Positions 26,291-40,008 of a DNA stretch of 64,000 bases are shown in pieces (positions within the stretch are counted from its first letter, which is position 1; the number at the start of each line of letters is the position of its first letter). The notes under the pieces were generated by a model that worked only from the letters and a program-made list of their open reading frames with translations, was not told where the DNA came from and searched no databases. Position numbers and translations under genes: made by a program. Source of the stretch: Octopus vulgaris (lineage: Eukaryota); contig OX597831.1 in assembly GCA_951406725.2 (NCBI GenBank), forward strand, positions 50,220,001 through 50,284,000. The letters run 5' to 3'.

Positions 26291-26799
26291 CAAAGAAACC
26301 AGTCAGGAAAACTAAGGGCAAGGAAAACTACAGAACACGCCTAAATATGAACTCATAAACTTTGGTCTCAGTATATATTTTAATTCATGATCAAATACCC
26401 ATCACTGTACATATTTTATCTCACTACTTTAGCTTTCGAGTTTTTGTGTATATTTATTTAACCACTTCCCGAAAGATGATCAATTACCTGTCCTGTTCCT
26501 AATAATAACGATCATCAATTACGTGCCCTTAAGTTTTTCTATTCATTCACAAACTTCTCTACGCACAACATGGACTATAATCTTCTTAGCGAAATAGGAA
26601 ATTTCAGTAATTTCAATGTAATTATTTGCGAAAGCGAAACCGTTCGAGAAAAAAAGGATAAAATATATTAAAACTGTGTAAGGTGTGTACATTTTCCTTC
26701 TTTCATTTTATATTTATGTATATTTTACATTACAACTTACCACGTAGGAATAATCGAAATTAATTCCTTATTGTTACTATATATATGCATATGCTTATT

Positions 26800-27163
26800 G
26801 GGTACAGGACGTCACCGACAGAAAACAACACGAACTACGAAAACAAATGAGTTCAATACGCAAACAACGAGAGAAACAAATGGAAAACAGGATAAGTATC
26901 ATAAAGAATGACCATTCATCAGTTTTCGGCTCTCTATCTACGCCTCATTTCGAGCATTGAATGATAATATAGGTCTTTGAAGACAGTTGGTCACATAAGT
27001 ACCAAAATATAATTTGGGATTTATGGAGGGTCAAAGCTGGGAACAAAAACAGGACAGTGGAAACATACAAGGAAACGGAACGAAAACAAAAGTGGAGGGT
27101 CATTAGACCAGAACGATGGTAAAATAGCGAACGGTGGAGAAATATTTTCTTTAATAAGGGAAA

Positions 27164-27165
<2 letters not shown>
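26800..27165 (-). mobile_element. Repeat relic (probable PLE pseudo-LTR family)
   Basis: Homologous to 20370-20810; carries GAAA and CTGATGA boxes on the minus strand. Confidence 0.55.
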
Positions 27166-27215
<50 letters not shown>

Positions 27216-27278
27216 GTATATATATTATTTATATTATTATTTGATTGAACGCCACGCATCCATTTCCAAGGAAGTTTA

Positions 27279-27325
<47 letters not shown>

Positions 27326-27666
27326 TGTGTGTGTGTGTGTGTGTGCGTGTAGCATTTCCTCTGATGGTTTATTTAGGAAGATGCATGATGTGTGTAACTC
27401 ATCCGGTTGCTTATTCCTAGTTATCAATTAAAGTTATACTTTTGACGGGTTAAGGAGCGAATTTCTCTCACTATGGTATTTGCCTCGTTTATGCTCACCT
27501 TACCCTCAGCTTCAATGATTAATTACGGACAAAAAGTTGTAAGTAGAATTTTTTCTGCCTATTTTATTCCGTTGTTACAATTTCCTTTTTGCAAGCTCCA
27601 TCATAGCATACATTTTATCCATCCTGAAATACCTGAAACACTCAGCATTCAGATATTGGAAATATT

Positions 27667-27863
27667 CTTTTCTACTCTAGGCACAATGGCCTAATATTTG
27701 GGAGAGGAGCCAGTCTATTAGATCGACCCCAGTACGCAACTGGTACTTAATTTATCGACCCCGGAGGGATGAAAGTCAAAGTCGACCGCGGCGGAATTTG
27801 AACTCAGAACGTAAAGACAAATAAAATACCGCTAAACTAACGTTTCTGCCAGCTCGCCGACTT
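27667..27863 (-). mobile_element. SINE (octopus OR-like) with TSD
   Basis: GGCGAGCTGGCAGAAACG head, GAGTTCAAATTCCGCC B box; ~16-bp TSD AGATATTGGAAA(T/C)ATT at 27651 and 27864. Confidence 0.85.
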
Positions 27864-27899
27864 AGATATTGGAAACATTTTTAGGCCACTGATACGGAT

Positions 27900-28770
27900 G
27901 TTGCCAGACTTCTTTTTTAGCCGCGTATTATAAGTTTGGACTTGAGAAGACTGAAGTCATTCCACAACTATCACCAGGCATGCAACATATCATACTATCC
28001 ATATACTCAACAGTACCACATTAAAGTTGTGAATACATTTCTCTACCTTGGTAGCACACTATCTAGATTGAATAAACTTAACGGGGTGCTCAGTTTTAGA
28101 AATTTGAAGTCCTATAATACGATTGGAAAGCTTGAATCGAGGGGCTGGTTGCAATCAGACATCAATGCCACAATAAAAGCTGAGGTCTATGAAGCATGTG
28201 TCTCAACTGCTCTGTTGTATGATGCGAGCCATATAGAAAAAATCTCGAGCGATTCCATCAACATTGCTCGCGTTATATCTTGAAAATTACATGGCAAACT
28301 CATGTGCCCGATACGAGAATATTGCACATGTTGAAAATAAAGAGTATTGAACCCATGATTATGAATGACCAATTTCGATGACTTTGTCAACTTGGAGGAC
28401 ACCTGCATACCAAAGCAGGTGTTGCAAGGTGAGCTGGAGCCAAGAAAATGTTCCAGTGCAAGCCACGCAAAGGTTTCAAAGACAATCATATAGACACAGT
28501 TAAAAAGATCAATATCTACACTAACACCTGGGAAGATCTTACATCAGATATGAGGTTCCGAAAGAATCTGGTCTTGCAGAATTTGGAATAACAGGGTTGT
28601 GTACACAGAGCTAAAACGCACTGGTAATTATATGAAGGATATGAACCGTCACCCTGCGGAAAGCACAAAAGAGTCTCTTTCGTGTGACGAGTGCAGTCGT
28701 GCCTGTCGGTTTGTGGACGGTGAGGAAGGACTAGTAGGTCCCTCGCAGTTTTTCGGAGACATATGAGACT
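27900..28770 (+). mobile_element. RTE-clade LINE 3' relic
   Basis: IKVVNTFLYLGSTLS...IKAEVYEACVSTALLYDAS and PKQVLQGEL match the RTE RT C-terminal region; many stops. Confidence 0.8.
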
Positions 28771-28782
28771 GGGCTTTATAGT

Positions 28783-29040
28783 TGTGGAGGCGCGTGGCTT
28801 AGTGGTTAGAGTGTTGACCTCATGATCGTAAGGTTGTGGTTTCGATTCTTGGACCGGACGATGCGTCGTGTTCTTGAGCAAAACACTTCATTTTATGTTG
28901 CTCCAGTCCACTCAGCTGGCAAAGATGAATAATCCTGCGACGGACCGGCGTCCCGTCCAGGTGGGGAATTTCTACGTCACTGAAACCGGGAAACCGGCCT
29001 TTATGAGCCTGACATGGCTCGAGAAGGAACAAGAAGGAAA
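28783..29040 (+). mobile_element. tRNA-derived SINE (copy 1 of tandem pair)
   Basis: GTGGCTTAGTGGTTAG A box, TTCGATTC B box; TSD GGCTTTATAGTT at 28772 and 29041. Confidence 0.9.
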
Positions 29041-29054
29041 GGCTTTATAGTTAA

Positions 29055-29312
29055 GTTGTGGAGCCGTGTGGCTTACTGGTTAGGGTGTTGGACTCATACT
29101 CGTAAGATTGTGGTTTTGCTTTCTGGACTGGGCGACGCGTTCTGTTCTTGAGCAAAACACTTCGTTTCACATTGCACAAGTCCACTCAGCTGAAAAAAAT
29201 GAGTAATCCTTCGACGGATCAACGTCCCATCCAGATGGGGAATATGTACGCCATGAAACCGGGAAACCGGTCTTTATGAGTCAGCATGACTAGAGAAAGT
29301 AACATAACCAAA
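29055..29312 (+). mobile_element. tRNA-derived SINE (copy 2 of tandem pair)
   Basis: Same family, diverged from copy 1; followed by TATAGTTAA matching the preceding target. Confidence 0.85.
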
Positions 29313-29574
29313 CGCCTATAGTTAATTCATGGAAAGGGTTTCCTCAACCATATACCTTTGAATGAGTCCATTCAATCGTTTCTTGTTAGTAATTTGACGT
29401 GAAAACTGACTTCATGAATGTTCAAATTCTATCTCTAAAACACATGTCTGTGTCAATCTCCAACATCCTCAGGGCACACTTAACCTAAAGGTATTACAGT
29501 TCAGAAACTGCATGAATTTCATTTAGGGCTGTTGGCGTTTGTCTTTTGATCATCTCCTGGTTCTGTTTGTTTGT

Positions 29575-29835
29575 TCTGTTTGTCTTTTATACCGAACCGC
29601 TTAGTTACAGGGACGTAAATAAACCAACAGTAGTTCTCGAGCAGTGGCGAGGACAGAAATGTATCAAAAAGCAGATACACACATACTTTCGAATGCGCGC
29701 GTACACACACACACACAATGTTTCCTTCTGCCAAATTCACTCACAAATCATCGGCCGGTTTAATGGTATTGTAGAAAACGCCCACCCAGGGTGCCATGCA
29801 GTATGTTACAGTATGTTACAAACGGAGATTCTAAA
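29575..29835 (-). mobile_element. Degenerate OK-like SINE
   Basis: CCGAACCGCT..GTTAC.GGGACGTAAA and CCAAATTCACTCACAA shared with 63591-63995. Confidence 0.7.
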
Positions 29836-30540
29836 CCATCCAGCCACACATGAGCCATGCATGAGCCTAAATATACGTAGGACTTCATTTTCTTTCCTTA
29901 ATTAATAAAGAAAAGGCCAACTCGAACAAATGTTTAATGTTACTTTTAGCAGGCCTAGCGATCACGTAGAGAGATGATGTATAACATTTTTACTAGACCT
30001 CGAATATTTTATTCCGTCCGTTTATGTCTTGGATTCAAACAATGAAACATCAAGAACTTTGTTTTTCATCCATTTGTTTGATAATATAACTATCATCAAA
30101 TAACAAGTGAGATTAAGGGAAACTTTCCATGCTGCTGCGTTGGATCTGTTTTGTATTTGTTAGAAATCATTATAATTATTGCTTTTAAATGTCAAATTGC
30201 GTTGTGTCATTCAACTCTACCTAAAGTCAATGGCGAAGAATATTACATTGGTAAGACGCTGCTTCAGTTTTCTTGGCTGGAAATAGATAAACACAAACAT
30301 AATAACACAAAGTATTCTAATTTGAGCAACGTTTTGAATCTACCAATTTTTGTAATTTATTTATTCAAGTGCCAATGCAAATCATCATCGAAAGCTAATA
30401 CCCATCATTATACGAATATAAAAGCATCTCGTATACTGTTTTCAGTCATTAGACTGTGGATATGCTGGTGCACCGCATTAAAACGTTTAGTGAATCAAAT
30501 CGATAACATTTGTTTTTGAAATCTGGCCCATAATCTAAAT

Positions 30541-31740
30541 CAGTGGTTCCCAACCTTTTTCAGCCCAGGGACCATCTTTTACTTGAATGCATTTCTAGGG
30601 ACCACTTCTGCTTTTATTTTATGCTGTTCTATTTTCACACTAAGATATCTAATGAAAAGGCAAAATAATCTACACTTTAAAATTGATTTTAGCAAACCAA
30701 GGATAAAATTTAAAATTTATTTTAGTAAACAAAGATAAACACATCAAAATCAATTTTTATAAAGTCGTTCATTTTTAGTCCATTCAGCTAGTGAATAGCT
30801 TGATATTGGTGTTTCTAATACAAGATATCATAATCAATTTTAATGAACTCATTTAGTCTTAGTCTGATAGTTCCTCTGCTGTTGACAACTAATTTATTTC
30901 TTTTTCTACTTAAAATATCTACAACAACTGAAAATGCAGATTCCACCATCCATGTGGTAGGGAAAGACATGATGCTTGCTTTTACATGTCTAAACATATT
31001 TGGGTGTGATTCTTTTATCGATATGTAGGCAAAGACACCTTCTCTTTCAACTCTTCTTCTCACTTTCATATTCTCTTTCAAATCCAGCAATATTTCAGCC
31101 AACTCAATATTTTCATCTCCTGGTTCATAATTGTCTTGGTCTACAACCGAGAATGGATAATCCATCTTTAATAAATCATTCTATCTTCTCTCAAAGTCTA
31201 CGTGAAAATCTTCAAGATGGGTAATGCATGCTGCAATGCTTTCTGATGTAGGAACACTGGTGTTAAAATTTTGAAATGATGCCAATTTTTTTTAAAACTG
31301 TTTTTTCTAAGATTTTTATTTCCCCATATACCCTTTTATCATTAAAATACTGCATTACTTCATTAAATATATCTTCTCCATTAGTTTCAGACAATCTTTT
31401 AAAGAATAACATTTCTTCCCTTATATCACCTCCATGGATGAATCTGACTTAGACCAGAAGGATAGCTTAGTTATGAATTTGCTATCATCAACCTGGATAG
31501 AAAGTTTTGTCTTTTGGAGAATTTCCACAATCTTCTTCTCAACAAAATTAGACATTTCATTCTGTCTTCTTGTAATTGTGTTATTTGAAAGTGGAATTGT
31601 ACTGAGAGTAAATGCAGCATCTTTTCCCAGAACCTCATTTACACAAGCTATCATAGCAGGCTTGACAAGTTTCTCACCATAAATCTGAGGTGCTGCAAAC
31701 TTGTTAATTATTTCAGAGACCATATTGAATTATCGTCCAC
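30541..31740 (-). mobile_element. hAT (Buster/Charlie-type) transposon relic
   Basis: TIR CAGTGGTTCCCAACC at 30541; peptides GEKLVKPAM...IPLSNNTITRR..EMS...IQVDDS and FPTTWMVESAFS..SRKRNKL..RGTIRLRL; second TIR not found. Confidence 0.9.
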
Positions 31741-32129
31741 TCATAAATAGGCTTGCATTGTCAATAGTTAAGGACAGTTTATGGTGGAAGTCTTAGAGAT
31801 AAAATAAAATATTAAGACACTAAATTTTACATTCGTTTATGCAGAAAGGTTTGTAGATGGATAAATAAACAAAATATTACTTCTATGAGGAATTAAAAAT
31901 GTATCATTACTATAGGAAAATACTATGTAAGTTGTGTATGAAGAAAATTAATCGTTACTTATTCTGAAAAAGTTATTAAGTAACATTTTAAAACACTGAC
32001 AGATGCATTAAATTATGCAGAAATGCTTTTAGATGGATAAATAAATGATATATCACTTATTCCTATGAGGAATATAAAAATTGTGATGATTAAAGTAAAA
32101 ATATCCAGTAAGTTGTATATTCATCGTTT

Positions 32130-34270
32130 TTTTAAATCTGAAAAAGAGGTGTATAAGAAAATAAACAACGAGCTATCTACATTTGTGTATCTGGGGGAAG
32201 GAATTACGTTTAATTGACAGATGAAAAGGGAAAAAAACATATTTTGAGAAAGTGATACATAGGAGATGTAGAGAAAAAGTTTGTTTTGAACGTGAAGCAT
32301 ACGGAAAGTATGAGTAAATTATGTTGATGATATAGATATATGAATACATGCAATCTGACGTATTACCTATGTGCGTGAACTTTCATTATATACATACAGG
32401 TAGAGGCTCAAGGGTTATTTATGTTAGTGTTTAAATATATAATTATGCATATAAGGGGATGTTTGGGTTGGATCAGATATAGTATAATATGTATAATATG
32501 TATAATAACTGTATAATATGTAATTAATAATGATAAATATATATCTAGTAGTAGAGTGTTATAATTTTATAGTAATATAAAATCTCTTCAAAGGGTTACG
32601 ATGGTTAAGAAATGTTAATATTGGATATATAATAATATGGAATATACATATATTGCAATTAACAATGAAGGGGATATTATAATATATTGTAATAAGATGA
32701 GGTAAATTTAAAAATTTAAAAATTTAAAGAAATTTAATTTTTTTAAAATTATTAAATAAGCATACAAACATTATGGGTTTAGAATAGGAATTATATGTGT
32801 ACCCCTAATATCAAAATCTATTGATAGTATTAAATAATCTGTAGAACGTTTATAGATAATTTCAACGTTGGTATTTGGAATAATATGGGATATACATGCA
32901 ATGCAATTAATAATGAAGGGATATGTTATAATATATTGTATTAAGTTGAGATAAATTGAGAGTGAAATTAGAAATTAATGGTTAAAATGAATTTAAAAAT
33001 TAAAAAATAAAGATTAAAAAATTTAATTAATTAGCATAATATTATGCCAATAAAATTTGGGTTATATGTATACCTCTAATATGCAATAGTATTAATAGTG
33101 GGTTGCTAGATAATATGTAGAGAGCTTATAGCTGATACTTATAGTGCGACTAAAACAGGCAAAAGGCAGGAGTTTATGTTATATTAAAGATGCGATTAAG
33201 GTGGAATTTATGTATATTTAGAAAGGTTAGGTCTATATATAATCCATTAGAATATTTATATCTAATGTATTATATATTATTTTGAGAAAAATATATGTAC
33301 TGAAAGGCAATTAATACTGTTTGGAAAAAATATATTTGTGTTCATGTAAGCTTGGGGAATGTTTGCGGATCTACCATTTAAAAGGTTATGTTTAGAAAAT
33401 AAGATGTTATATGCTTCATCCAGACAAAGTGAACAAACCCCGGGAGATGAGTAATACGCGCTAGCGTGGGTTAAAATTCTCAATTTAATCTTATTATAAA
33501 TATTGCTATCTCTTAGTTTCCAAATAAATTTACTAAGGCCTGTGCTATTTCTTTTATTAACATTTCTAAAGGAGATCTCATGGTTCGCAAGTCGCGATTT
33601 CACATAACATGTAGTCATTCCAATATAAAAGAAATTATTGCCTTCCGCTTCAGCATTTTCCTGGTACACTAGGTTCACAATAATTGTTGAATTTACATTT
33701 CTGTTTAACCCTACAATCACAGAAATCATTTCAATAATTAGTAGATGTAGATGCGTTAGATATCTTTGCATTATTGTTCATGTATAGTTTAGACATAATG
33801 TTTCTGGCATTTTTATTTATTTGGATATTATTTGTGCTCTTACTTGGAGAGGTATTACTTATATTTGTGTTATATGTATCACGTTTTACATTATTAAAAC
33901 ATAGTTGTCTAAATAGGTTTTTAATTACTGAAAATTCAACCTTTATTATTTTATTATTAATTATAGTACCATATTTATTAGAAGTGAAATGCTTATCTAT
34001 GATTGAGCGAATTACAGGGATAAGATTAGTATTGATCGTCTTACCATAAGGTAAAATAAGCCAGATAATATCATTATCATTATAGTTCAGGCATTTCTCT
34101 TTGTTTTTGTTTGTATGTTTTATATGGAATATGTTTCTTACGTTTTAAGATATTTTAGTTAGTTTATTGTTTAGTCTATACTTGGATTCCTGTTGAATGT
34201 AATTCATATTTTTATTACCGTTGTTTAATGAGGTATGCTCATTTTAGGCAGAAATTTTAAGTCCAGACCT
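32130..34270 (-). mobile_element. Penelope-like retroelement relic
   Basis: GIY-YIG ORF plus upstream WLILPYGK..IIDKHF region; AT-rich 3' region with a ~250-bp diverged direct repeat (~32620 and ~32868); boundaries approximate. Confidence 0.8.
33277..33771 (-). pseudogene. PLE GIY-YIG endonuclease fragment
   Basis: NLVYQ...FYIGMT...KSRLANHEISF...STGLSKFIWKL...CSLCLDEAYNIL...LLNGRS. Confidence 0.9.
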
Positions 34271-34862
34271 ATATATATATATATATATATATCATTCTCT
34301 ATAATTTTTGATTATCGTTTTTGAAATTTGAATCGATTTTACCTTCTTTTAAAACATATGATTATGGAGAGCCAATGGAGAGCCAATACCTAATTTCTTT
34401 CGCTTTCCTGTAAGGATCCAAAGCTGCTAAAACCACTTGGTGCGGTTTTGATGTGTTCAGAAATGGTTTTCCCACTGCAATGAGAGAATTGGGGGATTTC
34501 AGCCTGTCAGTGTTCCGGCCGAGTAGTTCGGTTCAATGGGGATCGAATGAAAGTATTCATCCACAAAGATTAGTTATAATCCATAAGGAATGGGCCTTGT
34601 AGATTGGCTGCCCCCATGATGTTACTGTACGTCAATTTGTCTCGATGAATAGGGTCCATAAACCAGATGCATGAATCGCTGATTTGATAAAAATGCTGTC
34701 CAATGCACCGTTTGAAGAATTCTGCCCCATCTACCATACTCTTCAGAAATGGCATCTTCAGATTACCACTTCTCTCGGTTGTTTTCCAGAAGCCTTCGAG
34801 GTGTTTCGTATACACACACACACACACACACACACATATGTATTTATGTATGCATGTTTACA

Positions 34863-34916
<54 letters not shown>

Positions 34917-35132
34917 CGTGTGTGTGTGTGTGTGTGTGTGCATGTGTGTTGAAAACACATGAGAGATCTATACAAAGCAAATTTATATATATATATCTAA
35001 AATGGAGATGGAAATAGCACAGAAGTAAGTCTAATAGATTTCAATTTCAGACGGGATTTAATAAAAAATGTTTCAAAAAATTACATAAAGAAAATATTAC
35101 TGCTTTACTTCAAATTTTTATAAAATTTTACT

Positions 35133-35176
35133 GATATTTGATAAGATAAAATTCATTCATCGAAATCGGTAATATT
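35133..35176 (+). ncRNA. Decayed hammerhead in inverted pseudo-LTR (~34995-35255)
   Basis: gatat TTGATAA gat...atc GAAA tcgg TA atatt; core mutated at C3 and G8; flanking inverted repeat ATGGAGATGGAAATAGCAC / GTGCTATTTCCACCTCCAT. Confidence 0.45.
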
Positions 35177-35382
35177 TATTTTATATAATTTTAAAATCAT
35201 ATTTATCAAATTCCTTCATTCCTTCTTAAAGTGCTATTTCCACCTCCATCTTTTATATATATAAACATACTATATATGTAGGTCTATTTGAAGCTATAAA
35301 TATATATATATATATAAAAACGAATTAAAGTTAATGCAACTGCTACTTTGTAATAAACATTATTATTATTTTTATTATTAAT

Positions 35383-35806
35383 CAGTAATCTTATTTTTAT
35401 CACGTGCATTCACTGCACTACCGAGCGCAGTTCTGTGTGCCTTGGGTATGTGCTGTAGTTTGTTGTGATGCTCTAATTTTTACTGTGTTGAATGTGTTTT
35501 ACGTAGGATTTGTTCGGTGCCTAGTAGTACAATTTTCTGTATGTTATACATACTTGTTAGTCCTGGTGTTTTTGTTATGTATTCGACTGAATATTTTTTA
35601 TCATACCTAATGAACATACTGTGATAGGAATTGTTCCTGTTTTCAGACTCCACATTCGAGTTACCTCTATTCCTACGTCTTTGTATTTTGATAGTTTCTC
35701 CATTTCTTTTAAAGAAATGTTGTCATCTGCTGGTATTGATATATCAATTAGAAAGCATTTTTTTCTTCATGATCTCTGACAACTATATCTGGCCTATTGG
35801 CCTTTA
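35383..35806 (-). mobile_element. R4/Dong LINE 3' fragment (older copy)
   Basis: Diverged reverse complement of 37803-38228 (IKANRPDIVVRDHEEK); ends at (TTA)n. Confidence 0.9.
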
Positions 35807-36852
35807 TTACATACATACATTCATTCATACATACATACATACATACATAAATACATACATACATACATACATATATACATACATACATATATACATACAT
35901 ACATACATATACATATACATAATATATATATATATATATGCACACATGGGTGTACAATAAAGTAGAAGATGAACAGCCAGTTGTTAATGCCAACAAAGCA
36001 GTTATAGTTAGCAGAAGTGAGTATAAATGTAATTAATCAGAGAAAAATATACAGGAAAACCACCAATGCGAGAGTTCGACCTAATTTTTGAGGGATTTTA
36101 TAGGCAGCTATTATTTGGATGCATTCCACCTCCTTCTGTTCGACGTTGCATTTTATGTATCTGGTCCGGTCTGGGATCTAATTGTCGATATCTATTATGC
36201 TTCCACGTTATTGGATGTATTTTTACCCATTATATATGCATATATACATAGATACGTGCATACATGTGCGTGTGTGTGTGTGTGTGTGTGTGTTTGTGCA
36301 CGTACACATATATGTATATAAGTTGCAAGTATGAATATAATTACATATATGTATATATATGCATACATGCACACCTAGACTGAAAGAAACATACACACAA
36401 TCACCGAGTACACATATATATCCCGAAGCTAGTACATGAATACAATTCTATTCGGCTACACTTAACAAAACTTTTCGTATGTATAACGTAGAGCATTATA
36501 TTCATATGAAGAATGTAAGAGTCTAGGCATAGTCAAATTAAAAACAAAAGAGTCTACCTATCAATGAATACGAACCTGCCTGGACACGCTTAATTCTTCT
36601 GCTGAATTTATCGCAATACAGCTGTCACAGCTGGACGTGTAGTTGGGGGTTAACGATTCTTCTGACCCATTTTCTCTTTATCATCTTGCTGTGTTTCTTG
36701 AAATGTAAGCAGAAGTCTATTCATGTGAATGCGTTTCATCAATCAATTTATGTATTTGAATGTCTTTTCTATCTCAGAACTACAGTGTCTCTCTATTCCG
36801 ATAGCAGAAATACGACAAGCAGTATTAGCTACAGTGATTTGGTATTGTGTGG

Positions 36853-36911
<59 letters not shown>

Positions 36912-36912
<1 letters not shown>

Positions 36913-38225
36913 TGTCAACACTTTAGCTGTCCCAGTTATAAGTTACAGCTACAATATCCTTAACTGGACACGAAATGAACTGTCCAAAATAGATAGGAAA
37001 ACAAGAAAAATACTGACAGGATCTAGGATGCATCACCCAAAATCTGACATAGAAAGACTATATATACAACGTATAGAAGGTGGTAGAGGCCTTATACAGC
37101 TGGAAAACTACTATAAAATAACCACCATAGGACTGCAAAAATACCTACTTCAGAAGGAAGGAAAACTGATCCAGATAGCAGCAAAACACGAGCAAAACAA
37201 AAAGCTGTTCTCAGTATTTAAGGAAGCTGACAAATACAAACAAGAAATCATACCACCTAATAAACACAAAGAAGAAGAAGAAGTTGATGAAGAAACAACA
37301 AAAGTTATAAAACAAATGAAATCCAAACTAAAAATAGAACAGCAACGAGCCATGATAAAACGATGGCAAGAAAAGCCCCTTCATGGTAAATACTGCACTA
37401 AACTAAACGCAAAAGAAATAGACAAAGAAAAATCCCAGCAATGGTTGAGAAGCTCAGGACTCAAAGCAGAAACAGAGGGATTTTTAATTGCAGCACAAGA
37501 TCAAAGCCTCCCCACCAGAAATTACCAAAAACATGTAATGAAAAGAAATATTACAAGTAACTGCAGAATATGTGGAGATGGACAAGAAACAATAAATCAT
37601 ATTATCTGTAGCTGCCCAGTCCTGGCAAAGAAGGAATATATTCACAGACATGACAGAGTTGGAACCTACATACATTGGAAGCTATGCCAACATTATGGAA
37701 TAACAACAGAAAAAAGATGGTATAGGCACACACCAGAAAAGGTCACAGAAAACGAGAAAGCAACCATACTCTGAGATATGCCGATACACACAGATAGAGA
37801 AATTAAGGCCAACAGACCAGATATAGTTGTCAGAGATCATGAAGAAAAAAAATGCTTTCTAATTGATGTATCAATACCGGCAGATGACAACGTGTCTTTA
37901 AAAGAAATGGAGAAACTCTCAAAATACAAAGACCTGGAAATAGAGGTAACTAGAATGTGGAACCTGAAAACAGAAACAATTCCTATCATAGTAGGTGCAT
38001 TAGGCATGATAAAAAAATATTCAGACAAATACATAACAAAAACACCAGGACTTACAAACACATATAACATACAGAAAATTGCACTACTAGGCACTGCACA
38101 CATCCTACACAGAACACTTTCCATAAAATAACCATCAGAGCATCACAACAAATCACAGCACATACCCAAGGCACACAGAGCTGCGCTCGGTAGTGAAGTG
38201 AAAGCACGCTATAAAAATAAAACTA

Positions 38226-38228
<3 letters not shown>
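36912..38228 (+). mobile_element. 5'-truncated R4/Dong-clade LINE inserted in (TAA)n
   Basis: RT C-terminus (RLY..RIEGGRGL), AAQDQ, CCHC knuckle CRICG..ETINHI..C, RHD, RLE nuclease RPD..DVSIP..EKLSKYKDL; one premature TGA at 37772-37774 (LWD to L*D); (TAA)n on both sides. Confidence 0.95.
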
Positions 38229-38285
<57 letters not shown>

Positions 38286-38376
38286 GACATGAAGAAGAAG
38301 AAGAAGAAGAAGAAGAAGAAGAAGAAGAAGAAGAAGAAGAAGGAAGAAGAAGAAGAAGAAGTAATAGTAGTAGTAG
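38229..38376. repeat. (TAA)n-(GAA)n-(TAG)n compound microsatellite
   Basis: Directly visible. Confidence 0.95.
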
Positions 38377-38736
38377 TTTTGAAGTTATTTTGCAGGTGTA
38401 AGGCTTAACATGTAAATTTGAATTCGTCTAAGATATTCAGATAGAGCAGGTAAGAAACTGTCTTAATTATTATTTATTACATTTAATGATGTAAGGATAC
38501 ATAATTATCGACATAGACGGAAACCATGTATATATGCCATAATGACCTTCACTTCGATCCACTGATATTCTGAGAGACATCAAAAATGGAATTTAAAAAA
38601 GAGTTGACAGGGGTTTGAACATGCAGCGCCTGTTGTAAGATAATTTAAACCCACAGATAAAGAATATCATCTAACTTCTTTCAACACTACATATTCTTTA
38701 AAAATAAATACGCCTTCTAGAAAAAAACTTGTCGTT

Positions 38737-38772
<36 letters not shown>

Positions 38773-39380
38773 TATCAATGACTCTGAAAAAAAAAATTGA
38801 AATATACTCTGCATTCAGTTTCAAAATCCAATATATCTTTTCTTGCCTCGCTGTAATTGCACGTAACTCGTGAAATACGATTATTCTCTCGATGTCCCGC
38901 CAAGACGTACTTATGTAATAATATTTTTCTCACTAAAACTTAGTGGCTAATAATGGTATTAGAGGAAATAAATTGCATAAATACTCTCGTCGCATAGTTA
39001 ATCCCGGTGGAATTGAGTTCGGATCATATTTTTCCATTGAGTTAATTCCTGATTTATCGTTTATAAAATCAATATGATTATGGTATTATTGTGTTGAAAG
39101 GAATCTTGTGTGTGTCTGAGAATGTGTGTGTGTGTGTGTGTATGTGTGTGTGTGTGTGTGTGTATGTGTGTCTGTATGTGTGTTTGTGAGTGTATGTATA
39201 ATTTAATGAAGTACACGCTATGTATTTCTACACACTATACCTCCCTTAGAAAAAACACCGGACCTACTAGTGTTTAACAACGCACATTTTTTAAAACGTA
39301 ATATTGATAAGGTTTGCATTATTTAACTGCTTCCAACACAAAAGTTGAAATGTGCATGTGTGTGTTTGTGCGTGTGTGTG

Positions 39381-39940
39381 TGTGTTGTCCGGAAAGTTCG
39401 TGCCGATTTATAGTAGCTTATATTTCAACTTATTTTAGAACATGGTTGAGTCCATAAAATAGGATTTGACTACAACTCCATTTAGGGTACAGTTTAAGCT
39501 ATCTTTTCGTGGAAGAAGGTTTACGTTCTTATAACCTCTGTTAATTTTGTAACCCTTTAAAATGGAAGATAAGAAAGTTCATTTTCGGCACTTGATGCTT
39601 TGGGAACCAAAACAAATTGCTGCAGCTCGGCTGGGATATTTTACCCCACCCTCCATATTCACCAGATATTGTTCCTTCGGATCTCCACTTATTCAAGTCT
39701 CTGCAGAATAGTCTTAATGGTAAGACTTTCAATTCCTTGGATGACGTAAAAAGATGCCTTGATGAATTCTTTGCTATGAAACCACCTCAATTCTGGGAAG
39801 AAGGTATTTTCAAGTTAAAAGAAAGATGGAGAAGCATTGTGCAACAAAATAGTTCATATTTGGTTGATTAAAAATGTAATGATAAGTATTTATTGACCTT
39901 TTTCTTTCCTTTAATAATCGGCACGAACTTTCCGGACAAC

Positions 39941-39944
<4 letters not shown>
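39381..39944 (+). mobile_element. Internally deleted mariner (MITE-like)
   Basis: Perfect TIRs TGTGTTGTCCGGAAAGTTCGTGCCGATT / AATCGGCACGAACTTTCCGGACAACACA; N-terminus MEDKKVHFRH fused to C-terminus HPPYSPDIVPSDLHLF...KLKERW. Confidence 0.95.

Positions 39945-40008
<64 letters not shown>

Noticed and set aside
34360-34805. Protein-like minus-strand stretch (ORF 34570-34833)
   Set aside because: Stops and frameshifts, starts in a microsatellite, no family recognised; probably decayed TE.
36686-36911. N-terminal part of the 362-aa ORF
   Set aside because: Read-through of flank and (ATA)n into a 5'-truncated LINE; not a real start.
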